From the NCBI GenBank assembly GCA_049570475.1, contig CP186953.1, positions 768,001 to 832,000 on the forward strand: a stretch of DNA of 64,000 nt. The letters run 5' to 3'. This document shows, one piece after another, positions 9,589-19,280 of this stretch. Source of the DNA: Candidatus Methanosuratincola verstraetei (GTDB taxonomy: Archaea > Thermoproteota > Methanomethylicia > Methanomethylicales > Methanomethylicaceae). A program made the translations under genes and the position numbers. The notes under the pieces were generated by a model, which saw only the letters and a program-made list of their open reading frames with translations, ran no database searches and was not told the origin of the DNA. How positions within the stretch are numbered: position 1 is the first letter of the stretch; each line of letters opens with the position of its first letter.

Positions 9589-10305
9589 TCACTGGGCGGC
9601 TGGCGGTGGAGGCGGGGGCGGAACTGCAGCCGATGCTTCATTGGTAGAAGAGGGCCTGCCAGCAGAGTAAACAAGTGCGGCAGATCTGAATATGAACACG
9701 CTGAGCGCAGGGGAAATTATCAATGAAATCAGCCAACCGACGAGAGGGATCGCTGTGATAAGACCTATGATTGCAACGATTACGACCAGGGCAATGATCC
9801 AAAGTATGTACATCCCCCAGCCAACATTCCCGATTACTTCTAGAATCTCTCCGAACGCGAATGCCTTGCCGAAGCTGTTCTTCTTGATCATGTTCATTAT
9901 GCCCATGTAGAACAGTATGCTTGCTAGTATGCCAAGTATGAGCCCAGCAATGAAAGTGATCAGCGCAATTCCTCCTACAAATAGCCCAGGGGTATGTGGG
10001 AGCATTGGGATGGATATTAAGCCTATTATCGAAGGTCCGATGAGAATCAGAGGGACAATCATGTAGATTATGGCGACTACCACTATCTTAAGACCCTCAA
10101 TGAACAATGAGGCGTACTCTGTAAGCGGAGGTGGGGCATTCCCCTCAGGGCTCTCGCGGGCAACTTTCGCCGCGTAGCCGATCACTATGAAATTTAGTAT
10201 AGGTATTATGCTGAGAATAATGAGGATCACTAGACGCCCGAGGTCGCTGAAAAGTTTTTGTGCGTATTGAAAAGCATCACTCAAATTCTTACCTAGGTCC
10301 AACAT
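9589..10305 (-). CDS. DUF4013-like membrane protein
   Basis: LSDAFQYA...IIPILNFIVIGY...EGLK; multiple TM helices; poly-Pro tail. Confidence 0.8.
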   Translation of the reverse strand: MLDLGKNLSDAFQYAQKLFSDLGRLVILIILSIIPILNFIVIGYAAKVARESPEGNAPPPLTEYASLFIEGLKIVVVAIIYMIVPLILIGPSIIGLISIPMLPHTPGLFVGGIALITFIAGLILGILASILFYMGIMNMIKKNSFGKAFAFGEILEVIGNVGWGMYILWIIALVVIVAIIGLITAIPLVGWLISLIISPALSVFIFRSAALVYSAGRPSSTNEASAAVPPPPPPPAAQ

Positions 10306-10365
10306 ATTACATCATTTATAATAAAAAATGAACGGGCATATAATTTTATTCGGTAAAAAATGGAA

Positions 10366-11757
10366 TTATAGCAGAGATGCCTTCTTTAAAATACCCCTGC
10401 CAGCCAGTATCCCGTTTGCAGCTGCCCCGACTATGCCCCGTGAAAGTCCAACCCCGTCCCCAGCAACGAATAGGTTTTCTACAGTAGTTTCTAGATCCTT
10501 GTTAACCTGGAATTTATTGGCAGAGAATTTGATTTCTGGGGCATAAAGGAGCGTTGAAGAACTTGCAACTCCAGGGATGATCTCGTCCAGCTTTTCGAGA
10601 CCTTCAATGATATCTGAGACTATCCTATGCGGCATCGCCATAGCTATGTCCCCGGGAGTAGCGGAATGGAGCGTTGGCTTGATTTGGCTGTGGGAAATCC
10701 GAGTCCATGTGGACCTTCTGCCCATCCGTAGATCGCCGAGTCTCTGTATGAGCGGCTCCCCCCCTCCAAGTATAGTTGCTTGCTGTACTACTGAGCGCCC
10801 ATAGGCAGTCGTATCCTCAACCGGCTCGGTTAGAACGACCCTGACTAAAAATGCAAAGTTGCTGTTCTCCGAAAGCGTTTCAGTCATCGAGTGCCCATTT
10901 ACACCTACGAATCCGTCGTAGACCTCCTTGACTACATACCCCTGGTGATTCACGCAGAATGTCCTTACGAAGTCATCATATGTGTCGGTGTAAATGTGGA
11001 ACTTAGGGTCGCGGTTCACTTGGATTATTGGCTCCATTACGAATGCAGGGACCTCCACTCTGACCCCAATATCGATAGGTTCATGTTTTGCAGGTATGGA
11101 AAGCCTTTTGGCTATTTCAGCTGCCCAGTTCGCTCCTACCCTTCCAGGGGCCAAAAGCACATATTTCGCAGTCATCTCGGTGCCATCATCGAGGATCACC
11201 TTGCTTTGCTTCACGTCTTTGACGTGTGTGCCTAAAAGAAACTTTACCCCTTTTCTTTCGAGGTCCGCTTTGAAGTTGTTGATTACCTTTGGGGCACCAT
11301 CGCTGCCCATATGCCGCTGCGTAATCGGAAGGAACTTTATGCCTACAGAGGCGGCTCTCCGCTGGAGGTTAACTGCCTCGTCAACATCCCCACTGTAAAC
11401 CTTCGTCGGAGCCCCATATTTCACAAATATGGAGTCGACATAATTGACCAAATCCCAAGCTTCCCTTTCATCCCTGGTAAACTCGGTCAGATCGCCGCCT
11501 ATGTCGGGCCTCAGATTTAGAAGACCGCTGGAAAGTGTTCCTGCCCCTCCCACACCGCTCATTATGCTGCAGACGGGGCAACGGGTGCAGCTCTTGTAAT
11601 TCTGAACCGGGCATTTCCGTTTCTCAACGTCGTATCCCTGGTCGATTACCAGAACTGAAAGCTTATCCTTTGCCTTGTCCACAATCTCGTAAGCCGCAAA
11701 CATTCCCGCTGGACCAGCGCCGACTATTATAACGTCATAGTCCAAAGAAGACACCAC
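10366..11757 (-). CDS. Uncharacterised FAD/NAD(P)-dependent oxidoreductase (COG2509-like)
   Basis: IVGAGPAG, Cys cluster CPVQNYKSCTRCPVC, VRTFC, LLYAPEIKF, AGDGVG. Confidence 0.88.
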   Translation of the reverse strand: MVSSLDYDVIIVGAGPAGMFAAYEIVDKAKDKLSVLVIDQGYDVEKRKCPVQNYKSCTRCPVCSIMSGVGGAGTLSSGLLNLRPDIGGDLTEFTRDEREAWDLVNYVDSIFVKYGAPTKVYSGDVDEAVNLQRRAASVGIKFLPITQRHMGSDGAPKVINNFKADLERKGVKFLLGTHVKDVKQSKVILDDGTEMTAKYVLLAPGRVGANWAAEIAKRLSIPAKHEPIDIGVRVEVPAFVMEPIIQVNRDPKFHIYTDTYDDFVRTFCVNHQGYVVKEVYDGFVGVNGHSMTETLSENSNFAFLVRVVLTEPVEDTTAYGRSVVQQATILGGGEPLIQRLGDLRMGRRSTWTRISHSQIKPTLHSATPGDIAMAMPHRIVSDIIEGLEKLDEIIPGVASSSTLLYAPEIKFSANKFQVNKDLETTVENLFVAGDGVGLSRGIVGAAANGILAGRGILKKASLL

Positions 11758-11821
11758 AGAGCTTCAGATAAACAGACAGTTATTTATTTTGTTGTCAACA
11801 ATACTTCAAAAAGTGTCCCAG

Positions 11822-12199
11822 ATGGAAGAACTCGACAGGGCTTTTCTTGAAAAGTTACTTGGAACCAAAGATCAAGATGTCTTGGAGGGCTACAAACCAA
11901 AAATTGTCAAGGCCATTGAAGCTGTTGAGAATTATGCTGTAAAGAGGTATAGGTTCAAACCCAGTATGAGGACAGTCTGGATAGTTGTTGGCAAGGAGCG
12001 GGAATACCATGTGATACCTGGATTGTACTGTCAATGCGATGATTTTTACATAAATGTAGTAATCAAGAAGAAGGCGCGTGCTTGTTACCACATGATAGCC
12101 CAGGCCCTCGCTGAAGAAAGAGGGATTTTCGAGAGCTACGAACTGCTTGACAGCGATTTTATAAGGCTCAATAAGGAATGGAAGGGGCAAACCCTGTAG
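11822..12199 (+). CDS. SWIM zinc-finger protein
   Basis: YCQCDDF...ACYH (CxC-xn-CxH). Confidence 0.8.
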   Translation: MEELDRAFLEKLLGTKDQDVLEGYKPKIVKAIEAVENYAVKRYRFKPSMRTVWIVVGKEREYHVIPGLYCQCDDFYINVVIKKKARACYHMIAQALAEERGIFESYELLDSDFIRLNKEWKGQTL

Positions 12200-12264
12200 G
12201 TGGGTTTAGTTGGCGCGGTTACCTGAGTGAAATGCTCGTTTGTTGATCTGCAATGGCGATTAGA

Positions 12265-13341
12265 ATGTCAAACTTTGATGATCTTTTCAAAAAATACAAA
12301 GAGATAACAGGCTTGCCGGATGAGGAGATTCTAAAGCTCATTGAATCAAAGAAGAAGGATTTGGGATACCTTGTAAATGACGATGTAGCACTCAGACTGG
12401 TTGCAAAGGAAAATGCAATCAACCTTTACGATAGCAGCCCTGAGAAACCTTCACTGAAAATCGACGATCTTGTACCAGGCCTGAGCAACGTCTCCCTCAA
12501 AGCAAAAATATCAAGGATCGGAGATCTGAGGGAATTCAAGAAAAAAGACGGGGGTCTTGGGAAAGTATTGAGGGTAAGGATAGCAGACGACACAGGGATC
12601 TGCAACCTTGTCCTTTGGGATGAAAAAACAGAATTAATTTCAGGCATTTATGAGGGATGCAACATTGCTATAACTGCTGCATACACAAAGACGGGATTGA
12701 ACGGTCTTGAAGTGCACATTGGCCAAAAGGGGAAGCTTGAAGTTTTGCCCGAATTCTCGAACCCCATTAAAGGGAGGATAATGAGGGTCTTTGATCCTAT
12801 TGATTTCATTACAAGCGACGGTAGACGTGGCAGGGTCGTGGCTTTTGTTGTAAAATGTGAAAAACAGCAGAAGGTTTTGGTTTGGAACCCGTCAGATCAG
12901 TTACTATCTAAACTCAAAGCAGGGGCGGCGGTCGAGATCTTCGGGGGAATGACTAAAAAGGATTTTAATGGTGAAACGGAGCTGCACATAAATAATGAGA
13001 ATGGCGTGAGAATAGATCTTGATGACGTAAATGAGCTTCATGAGAGAAGGGTAACTAGGCTCTTTGAGATCAAAGATGAGGACCCAGATCTGGTAGTGGA
13101 AGGCATTATTGAAAACGACCCTGATCTTGCCACAACCCAAGCTGGGAAACAGTACTGCAGAATTCTGCTAAGAGATCAAGAGACAGTCATACCGGTAGTC
13201 TTTTGGAACGATAAGGCAGTTAAAATAAAACAGTCTGCAAGACCTGGCATGGTTTTAAGAATAGATGGTTGTAGCGCAAGGTATGGACCGAATGGCCTTG
13301 AGCTATCAGTCAATCGATGGAGCAAAATAAAACTTGGATGA
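12265..13341 (+). CDS. rpa: Replication protein A-like multi-OB-fold ssDNA-binding protein
   Basis: DUF2240-like N-terminus; OB folds IADDTGICNLVLWD, VLVWN, LRDQETVIPVVFWN. Confidence 0.8.
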   Translation: MSNFDDLFKKYKEITGLPDEEILKLIESKKKDLGYLVNDDVALRLVAKENAINLYDSSPEKPSLKIDDLVPGLSNVSLKAKISRIGDLREFKKKDGGLGKVLRVRIADDTGICNLVLWDEKTELISGIYEGCNIAITAAYTKTGLNGLEVHIGQKGKLEVLPEFSNPIKGRIMRVFDPIDFITSDGRRGRVVAFVVKCEKQQKVLVWNPSDQLLSKLKAGAAVEIFGGMTKKDFNGETELHINNENGVRIDLDDVNELHERRVTRLFEIKDEDPDLVVEGIIENDPDLATTQAGKQYCRILLRDQETVIPVVFWNDKAVKIKQSARPGMVLRIDGCSARYGPNGLELSVNRWSKIKLG

Positions 13342-13414
13342 AACAGGTTGTAGAAAGGTTATTAATGAATGTTTTTAGAGGGTAAGCAAGAAGATACTCG
13401 AAGGGATGATCACT

Positions 13415-13666
13415 GTGGGTGGAAGGAAGAGGAAAAAGACAGTACGCCGAATGAAAAAGAGCATACCGAAGATTTTCCCTTGTCCCAACTGCGGAGAGAA
13501 GACACTTGCGATCGAAATCAACAGAGAGGCGGGTGTTGCTGAGGTCAAGTGCGGAAGATGCAACATCAATGATGAAGTTGCAGTATCATCGGTAGAACAG
13601 GCAGTCGACGCATACGGAAAATTTGTTGACAAATATTACGGCGGGGAAAAGAATGCGACGAGTTGA
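13415..13666 (+). CDS. elf1: Transcription elongation factor Elf1
   Basis: Basic N-terminus GGRKRKK, FPCPNCG...CGRC, VDAYGKFVD. Confidence 0.92.
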   Translation: MGGRKRKKTVRRMKKSIPKIFPCPNCGEKTLAIEINREAGVAEVKCGRCNINDEVAVSSVEQAVDAYGKFVDKYYGGEKNATS

Positions 13667-14414
13667 AAGCTATCTAAACGACCAGATAAGAAAAATGGGA
13701 TGCATACATCTAACGCTAATCGATCCGGACAAATGTACGCCCGAACAAGCACGTTCCATTGCTCTTGAAGGGGAGAAGCTTGGGACTAGTGCCTTCATGA
13801 TAGGCGGTTCAACTTGCGTTGGCGGTGAATTGCTTGATGAACTGATAAAGGGTTTGAAGTCAGGTTCTAGCCTCCCCGTGATCCTCTTCCCAGGCAGTCT
13901 TTTCGGGATAAGCAGGTACGCCGACGCAGTATGGTTCATGTCTGTACTGAACTCAAGCAATGTTTACTACATTACTGGAGCGCAGGCAATTGGTGCCAGG
14001 ACGGTCAGGGCGTATAATCTTGAGGCGATACCCCTTGGATACATAATAATAAGTCCAGGAGGGACTGCAGGTTTCATAAGCCAGGCGATGACGATACCCC
14101 ATGACAAGCCCGAGGTTGCTGCCATATACTCTTTGGCTGCCCAATACATGGGAATGAGGTTTGTTTATCTCGAGAGGGGCTCTGGCGTTGAAGCACCTGT
14201 TCCACCTAGCATGGTCCAGCTCGTAAGGAAAGTTGCTTCGGAGGTTAGACTGGTTGTTGGAGGCGGAATAAAGACGAGGGAGCAGGCCAAGGAGCTGGCA
14301 AAAGCAGGAGCCGAGATAATAGTGACAGGGAATGTTGTTGAAGAGAGAGGCATAGTCGGGCTGAAAGAGATCATCGGGGGAATTGAGGAAGGGGTAAATG
14401 AGAGAGGAGCTTGA
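13653..14414 (+). CDS. Geranylgeranylglyceryl phosphate synthase
   Basis: HLTLIDPDK, MIGGST, PVILFPG, YLERGSG, VGGGIK, IVTGN. Confidence 0.95.
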   Translation: MRRVESYLNDQIRKMGCIHLTLIDPDKCTPEQARSIALEGEKLGTSAFMIGGSTCVGGELLDELIKGLKSGSSLPVILFPGSLFGISRYADAVWFMSVLNSSNVYYITGAQAIGARTVRAYNLEAIPLGYIIISPGGTAGFISQAMTIPHDKPEVAAIYSLAAQYMGMRFVYLERGSGVEAPVPPSMVQLVRKVASEVRLVVGGGIKTREQAKELAKAGAEIIVTGNVVEERGIVGLKEIIGGIEEGVNERGA

Positions 14415-14976
14415 AAAAGAGTTCGTTAGAAAATCCATTCATTTGACCGGCATCTCTGTCCCATTATTTTATATTTTTTTCCAAAGGGATTTGACAATAC
14501 TATATACTGCAATGGCGCTTTTGGTGTTTGTTGTTTTGGAATATGTTAGAGTCAGGGTGCATTCATTATTTCCTTTGCCGAGAATGGCTTCCATGATTCA
14601 GAGAATGAAGGAGAGGACTGCAATTGCTGCCAACGTATATTTTTGCGTAGCAGCAGTCGTCTCGATTTACTTCTTTAAGGAATTTTCAGTGGTGGTTGGG
14701 TTAAGCACTGCCCTACTTTCAGATGCGGCAGCTGCAATAATTGGGACTGGGATCGGGAGGCACCGCTTGAAAAATGGAAAGAGCTGGGAAGGGACTGCAG
14801 CAGGTGGGCTTTCAGCATTTTTCATATCATTATCATTAGGTGGAAGTCTGATTGTTTCAATAGTTTTGGGATTTGTCTTCTGCTTAATTGATCTGATAGA
14901 TTTCGGTTTTGATGACAACTTTATCATGCCTTTATTAATGGTAATGGTTGTTGAATTAGGAGGGTCGCTTCTGTGA
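14398..14976 (+). CDS. CTP-dependent polyprenol/dolichol/phytol kinase-family membrane protein
   Basis: RKSIH, SDAAAAIIG, GKSWEGT, DDNF motifs; hydrophobic. Confidence 0.82.
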   Translation: MREELEKEFVRKSIHLTGISVPLFYIFFQRDLTILYTAMALLVFVVLEYVRVRVHSLFPLPRMASMIQRMKERTAIAANVYFCVAAVVSIYFFKEFSVVVGLSTALLSDAAAAIIGTGIGRHRLKNGKSWEGTAAGGLSAFFISLSLGGSLIVSIVLGFVFCLIDLIDFGFDDNFIMPLLMVMVVELGGSLL

Positions 14977-17900
14977 CTTCAGGGGAGCATTCAGAGTATT
15001 TTCAGTTATTGGAAAATAGGACCTCAGAACTTTACTCACTTGCACAGGAAGCCAGGAAAAAAGGTTTGGATCCCAAGGAATATGTTGAGATCTACAAAGC
15101 CCAAGATTTGGCTTCAAGAGTTGAGGGGTTGATAGGCCTCAAAGGAGTTGCTGAAAGGATCAGAGAGCTAGACCTGAAGTATTCACGGGAGCAGACAGGA
15201 TTTACGATAATTGAGGAGATAGTCAACGGAAAATACGGCAAGTTCGAGGATGAAAAAGCGGCAGATTACGCGATGCGAACGGCCCTGGCAATCGTCACTG
15301 AGGGTATAACGGCAGCGCCCCTCCAAGGCATCGAGAAGCTGAAAATTAAAACGAACCCAGACGGTAGCAAGTATTTAGCAGTTTACTATGCAGGACCGAT
15401 GAGGTCAGCTGGAGGCACTGAGCAGGCACTGACAGTCCTTTTTGCCGAGAAGATCAGGAAGCTGCTCCATCTGGACAGGTATAAGATCACTGAAGAAGAG
15501 ATCGGGAGGTTCATAGAAGAGTTGAGGTTGTACGAGAGGAAGGTCTCCAACTTCCAATACCACCCTTCTGACGACGATTTGAGGCGGCTCCTCCCGAACA
15601 TACCAATCGAGATCACTGGTCCTCAGACGGACAACATTCAAGTTTCAGTATATAGAAATCTCCCCAGAATCGAAACCAATTGCGTTAGAGGGGGGGCGCT
15701 GAGAGTTGTTAACGACGGCGTATATGGCAAGGCTTCAAAGCTGAAAAAGGTAGTCGAAAAATTAGGCTTTACTGATTGGGATTGGCTAACTAAAATAAAG
15801 AAAGAAGAAAAGAAAGAAGAAAAAGAATTTACTGGAATTTCTCCAGACATAAAATACCTTGTCGATATAGTCGGTGGAAGACCCATATTCGCCCACCCTT
15901 CGAGGTTTGGCGGCTTCAGGTTGAGGTACGGGAGAGCCAGGAACACAGGTCTGGCTTGTGTAGGGATAAACCCAGTCACCATGATCATCCTTGAGAGCTT
16001 CATAGCAGTTGGAACTCAACTAAGAGTCGAGAGACCAGGAAAAAGTGCAACAATAACGCCTGTAGATGGCATTGAAGGACCAATTGTGAAGCTTAAGAAT
16101 GGCGACGTACTAAGGCTTGAAGATGAGGTCACAGCCGAGCGTGTAAAAGAACAGGTCGACAAGATACTTTTTCTTGGGGATATGTCTGTTGCATATGGGG
16201 AGTTTCTTGAGAATAATCACAGGTTGATGCCGCCTGGCTACTGCGAAGAGATTTGGGCCGAGGAAATGAAGCTCGAAATTAAGCAGAAATTCAATGGTCG
16301 GAATGACCTCGCTTCGGATCGCCTTGGAATAATGGTGGAGAGGTTCAATGATTTCATTAACCATCCAACATTGGTCAAGCCAACACCTGAAGAGGCACTT
16401 TCTATCTCAAAGGTGCTAGGAGCCCCCCTCCACCCCAGGTACACCTATTTCTGGGAGAGGCTAAAGGTAGGGGAAATCATTGCGATTAAGAAATGGTTTA
16501 CCTCAGAACGCCAAGGGAACAGGTTCAAGTTACCGCAAAAAGAGGTGAAGGAATTTCTGGAGCTTGCTTGTATACCCCATCGAAAAGTGGAGGGCATGTT
16601 GGTTTTTGATGATCTTCCAATTTTAGAGGCGCTGTTATCTTCAGAAAAGACATCCTCGCTTCGATCCCCACTTGAGTTTTTAAGTGAAACCTCGGGAATT
16701 GTTTTGAGGGCAAAGGGGAGAAGCTTCATTGGCGCTCGAATGGGAAGACCAGAGAAGGCACGTGAGAGGGTAATGAGCCCCCCGACCCATGTCCTATTCC
16801 CTGTTGGACTTGCTGGTGGCCCCCAAAGGGACTTGGTCAAAGCGGCTTCAAACAAGAGCTTCGTTACGACAATCAACATAAGGCATTGCAGGAAATGCAA
16901 CCGAACAACCTATGAAAGAGTCTGCTCAATATGCGGAGAAATGACGGTTAAAATTTACAAGTGCAACAACTGCAACCAAAGGAACTATTTCACCTGTGAA
17001 AGCGGGAAAGAGGTCTGCCCCCAGTGCGGGGCCGAAGCGGTTCCATATGAGCAAAGATCAATATCCCTCGAGGAATTCCCCAAACTTGTAAGAAAGTACG
17101 GGATAAGGAAAGATGCAGCCATAAAGGGCGTTAAGGGGCTGTCCAACCCCACAAAGGTGCCCGAGATATTAGACAAGGGCTTCTTGAGAAGCAAGCACAA
17201 GATATTCGTATACAAAGATGGAACGGTAAGATACGACATTACGAATGCCCCTTTGACTCACTTCAAGCCCGCTGAAGCCCATGTCAGTGTCGAGAAACTG
17301 AAAGCATTGGGGTATACCAAAGATATTTTTGGTAAAGATCTGAATGAACCAGACCAAATTCTCGAATTGAAAGTTCAGGACGTAATAGTCCCAAAGAGTT
17401 GTGGAGAGTACCTGCTCAGGGCTGCCAGATACGTCGACGAGATGTTGACTAAGACCTATGGCATGGCTCCTTTTTACAATCTCAATAGTTACGAAGACCT
17501 CGTTGGGCACATCGTGATAGGGTTGGCGCCACACACTTCAGCAGGCATAATAGGCAGGGTGATAGGGTTTACTGAAGCCAAGGTCTGTTACGCGCATCCT
17601 TTCTGGCACGCAGCAAAGAGGAGAAACTGCGACGGTGATGAAGACGCAATAATGCTTGCTCTGGAGGCGTTCATAGACTTTTCAAAAGCATACCTGCCAG
17701 ATAAGATAGGCGGTCTGATGGATGCTCCGCTTGTGGTGACCACTACAATAGATCCTACAGAAGTCGACGACGAATGCCACAACATGGAGACTACTGCACC
17801 GCTCCCGCTCGAATTTTACAGGATGTGTGAGGAGTATAGAGAGCCTAAGGAAGCCTTGAAATGCCTCAATATTGTAAAAGACAAGTTGAGAACCCCAGAG

Positions 17901-18425
17901 CAGTACAGCGGTCTGAGGTTCTCAATCCATACTGAAAGGATCGATCGGGGTCCCCTTACGACGCTCTATGATCAAATAAAGTCGATGATTGACAAAGTAG
18001 AGAGGCAGTTATGCCTAGCAGACAAAATTCTGGCTGTAGACTGTACCGACGTTGCAGAGAGGCTGCTAAAGCATCACTTCATACCAGACCTGGCGGGCAA
18101 CTTGAGGGCGTTTTCGACCCAAAATCTAAGATGCACGAAGTGTGGGGCAAAGTACCGCAGGATGCCGCTGAAAGGCATATGCCTGAAGTGCCAGGGGAAC
18201 GTGATTTTAACTGTGCACCAGGGAAACGTCAAGAAGTATCTTGAAGCGGCTACCACTCTCGCTGAAAGATACAATCTGAGCCCCTTTGTCAAGCAGCAGA
18301 TAGCGCTTATCGGCAGAGGCCTCAATATGCTGATAAACGAAGACCAAGAAAATGAGGAGAATAGAAACGCCAAAAATCATTCAGAAAAGGCAATTGACCT
18401 GAAGCAGTTCATCGGGTCACAGTGA
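14973..18425 (+). CDS. polC: DNA polymerase D large subunit DP2
   Basis: EGITAAPLQGI, YAGPMRSAGGT, GGFRLRYGR, HAAKRRNCDGDED catalytic motif, Zn fingers. Confidence 0.97.
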   Translation: MTSGEHSEYFQLLENRTSELYSLAQEARKKGLDPKEYVEIYKAQDLASRVEGLIGLKGVAERIRELDLKYSREQTGFTIIEEIVNGKYGKFEDEKAADYAMRTALAIVTEGITAAPLQGIEKLKIKTNPDGSKYLAVYYAGPMRSAGGTEQALTVLFAEKIRKLLHLDRYKITEEEIGRFIEELRLYERKVSNFQYHPSDDDLRRLLPNIPIEITGPQTDNIQVSVYRNLPRIETNCVRGGALRVVNDGVYGKASKLKKVVEKLGFTDWDWLTKIKKEEKKEEKEFTGISPDIKYLVDIVGGRPIFAHPSRFGGFRLRYGRARNTGLACVGINPVTMIILESFIAVGTQLRVERPGKSATITPVDGIEGPIVKLKNGDVLRLEDEVTAERVKEQVDKILFLGDMSVAYGEFLENNHRLMPPGYCEEIWAEEMKLEIKQKFNGRNDLASDRLGIMVERFNDFINHPTLVKPTPEEALSISKVLGAPLHPRYTYFWERLKVGEIIAIKKWFTSERQGNRFKLPQKEVKEFLELACIPHRKVEGMLVFDDLPILEALLSSEKTSSLRSPLEFLSETSGIVLRAKGRSFIGARMGRPEKARERVMSPPTHVLFPVGLAGGPQRDLVKAASNKSFVTTINIRHCRKCNRTTYERVCSICGEMTVKIYKCNNCNQRNYFTCESGKEVCPQCGAEAVPYEQRSISLEEFPKLVRKYGIRKDAAIKGVKGLSNPTKVPEILDKGFLRSKHKIFVYKDGTVRYDITNAPLTHFKPAEAHVSVEKLKALGYTKDIFGKDLNEPDQILELKVQDVIVPKSCGEYLLRAARYVDEMLTKTYGMAPFYNLNSYEDLVGHIVIGLAPHTSAGIIGRVIGFTEAKVCYAHPFWHAAKRRNCDGDEDAIMLALEAFIDFSKAYLPDKIGGLMDAPLVVTTTIDPTEVDDECHNMETTAPLPLEFYRMCEEYREPKEALKCLNIVKDKLRTPEQYSGLRFSIHTERIDRGPLTTLYDQIKSMIDKVERQLCLADKILAVDCTDVAERLLKHHFIPDLAGNLRAFSTQNLRCTKCGAKYRRMPLKGICLKCQGNVILTVHQGNVKKYLEAATTLAERYNLSPFVKQQIALIGRGLNMLINEDQENEENRNAKNHSEKAIDLKQFIGSQ

Positions 18426-19247
18426 CTTCACCAGATCGATGTCAAAGATGATCCCAACCACCTTATCCCGGAGGTTTGTGACGGGCAACTGATCTATGTT
18501 ATGCCTTAGCATTATGTTCGCGCATTCGGCTATAGTTGATGATTCACTGATGGTTATACATGGGGTGGACATGATCTGATGGAAAGGAATGGAAGGCAAA
18601 GAAATCCTCTCTTTGGAGATATAGAGCACTGAGGAAGTCTCCCAATCCCATTCTTGGGACTCTGATCCGGACTTCAAGACGGACTTTTTTTCTTCCAATT
18701 TCATCTCTACTAGTCGTATCAAATCGGTGTTTGAGACGATGCCAGCAATTCTTTCTTCATTGTCCAGCACAAGGGCGACATACTCCCCGGCCATGTGCAT
18801 TATTTGGCTTGCTATGTTAACAGGGGTCGAGCCCCAAATTGCTAACATTTTTTTGCGCATATAATCAGAGACCCTTGCAGTCGAGGAGGAATTGGCGATT
18901 ATTTTGTGGACTATATCGCCCACTGTAATGATCCCCTTCAACTCTCCCTTCGAGACTACCGGAATCCTTCGAAAGCCCTTCTCTTTCATTATACGCAGGC
19001 ATTCATCAAAGGAAGCGTCAATATCCAGACTAATTACGTTCCTGTTCATTATGAGAGCGATCTGCTCCTCATCAGGGTGCCTCAGGATATCTTCTCTGGT
19101 GATTATTCCTACCAGTTGTTTCGTTCCCTTTTTTACAGCAGGCATCCCAGAGATCTTCTTTTCCTGTAGAATCCTGAGGACCTGATCCCTGCTTCCTGGG
19201 ACTTCTACGTACATTACATTTTGGTTCATCAAATCAGATACTTTCAA
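18417..19247 (-). CDS. CBS-domain protein (four CBS repeats)
   Basis: Repeated CBS motifs (LVGIITRED, LKGIITVGD, IAGIVSNTD, VVGII). Confidence 0.88.
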   Translation of the reverse strand: MKVSDLMNQNVMYVEVPGSRDQVLRILQEKKISGMPAVKKGTKQLVGIITREDILRHPDEEQIALIMNRNVISLDIDASFDECLRIMKEKGFRRIPVVSKGELKGIITVGDIVHKIIANSSSTARVSDYMRKKMLAIWGSTPVNIASQIMHMAGEYVALVLDNEERIAGIVSNTDLIRLVEMKLEEKKSVLKSGSESQEWDWETSSVLYISKERISLPSIPFHQIMSTPCITISESSTIAECANIMLRHNIDQLPVTNLRDKVVGIIFDIDLVKSL

Positions 19248-19280
19248 ACGCTATCGCCTTATGAATTTCAATTATCAGAT

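Noticed and set aside
9589-9650. Poly-proline tail (VPPPPPPPAAQ) of the DUF4013-like protein
   Set aside because: Low-complexity tails are common on archaeal membrane proteins; no further evidence of function
14973-18425. Possible intein in DP2
   Set aside because: The HAAKRRNCDGDED motif is uninterrupted and the length is normal
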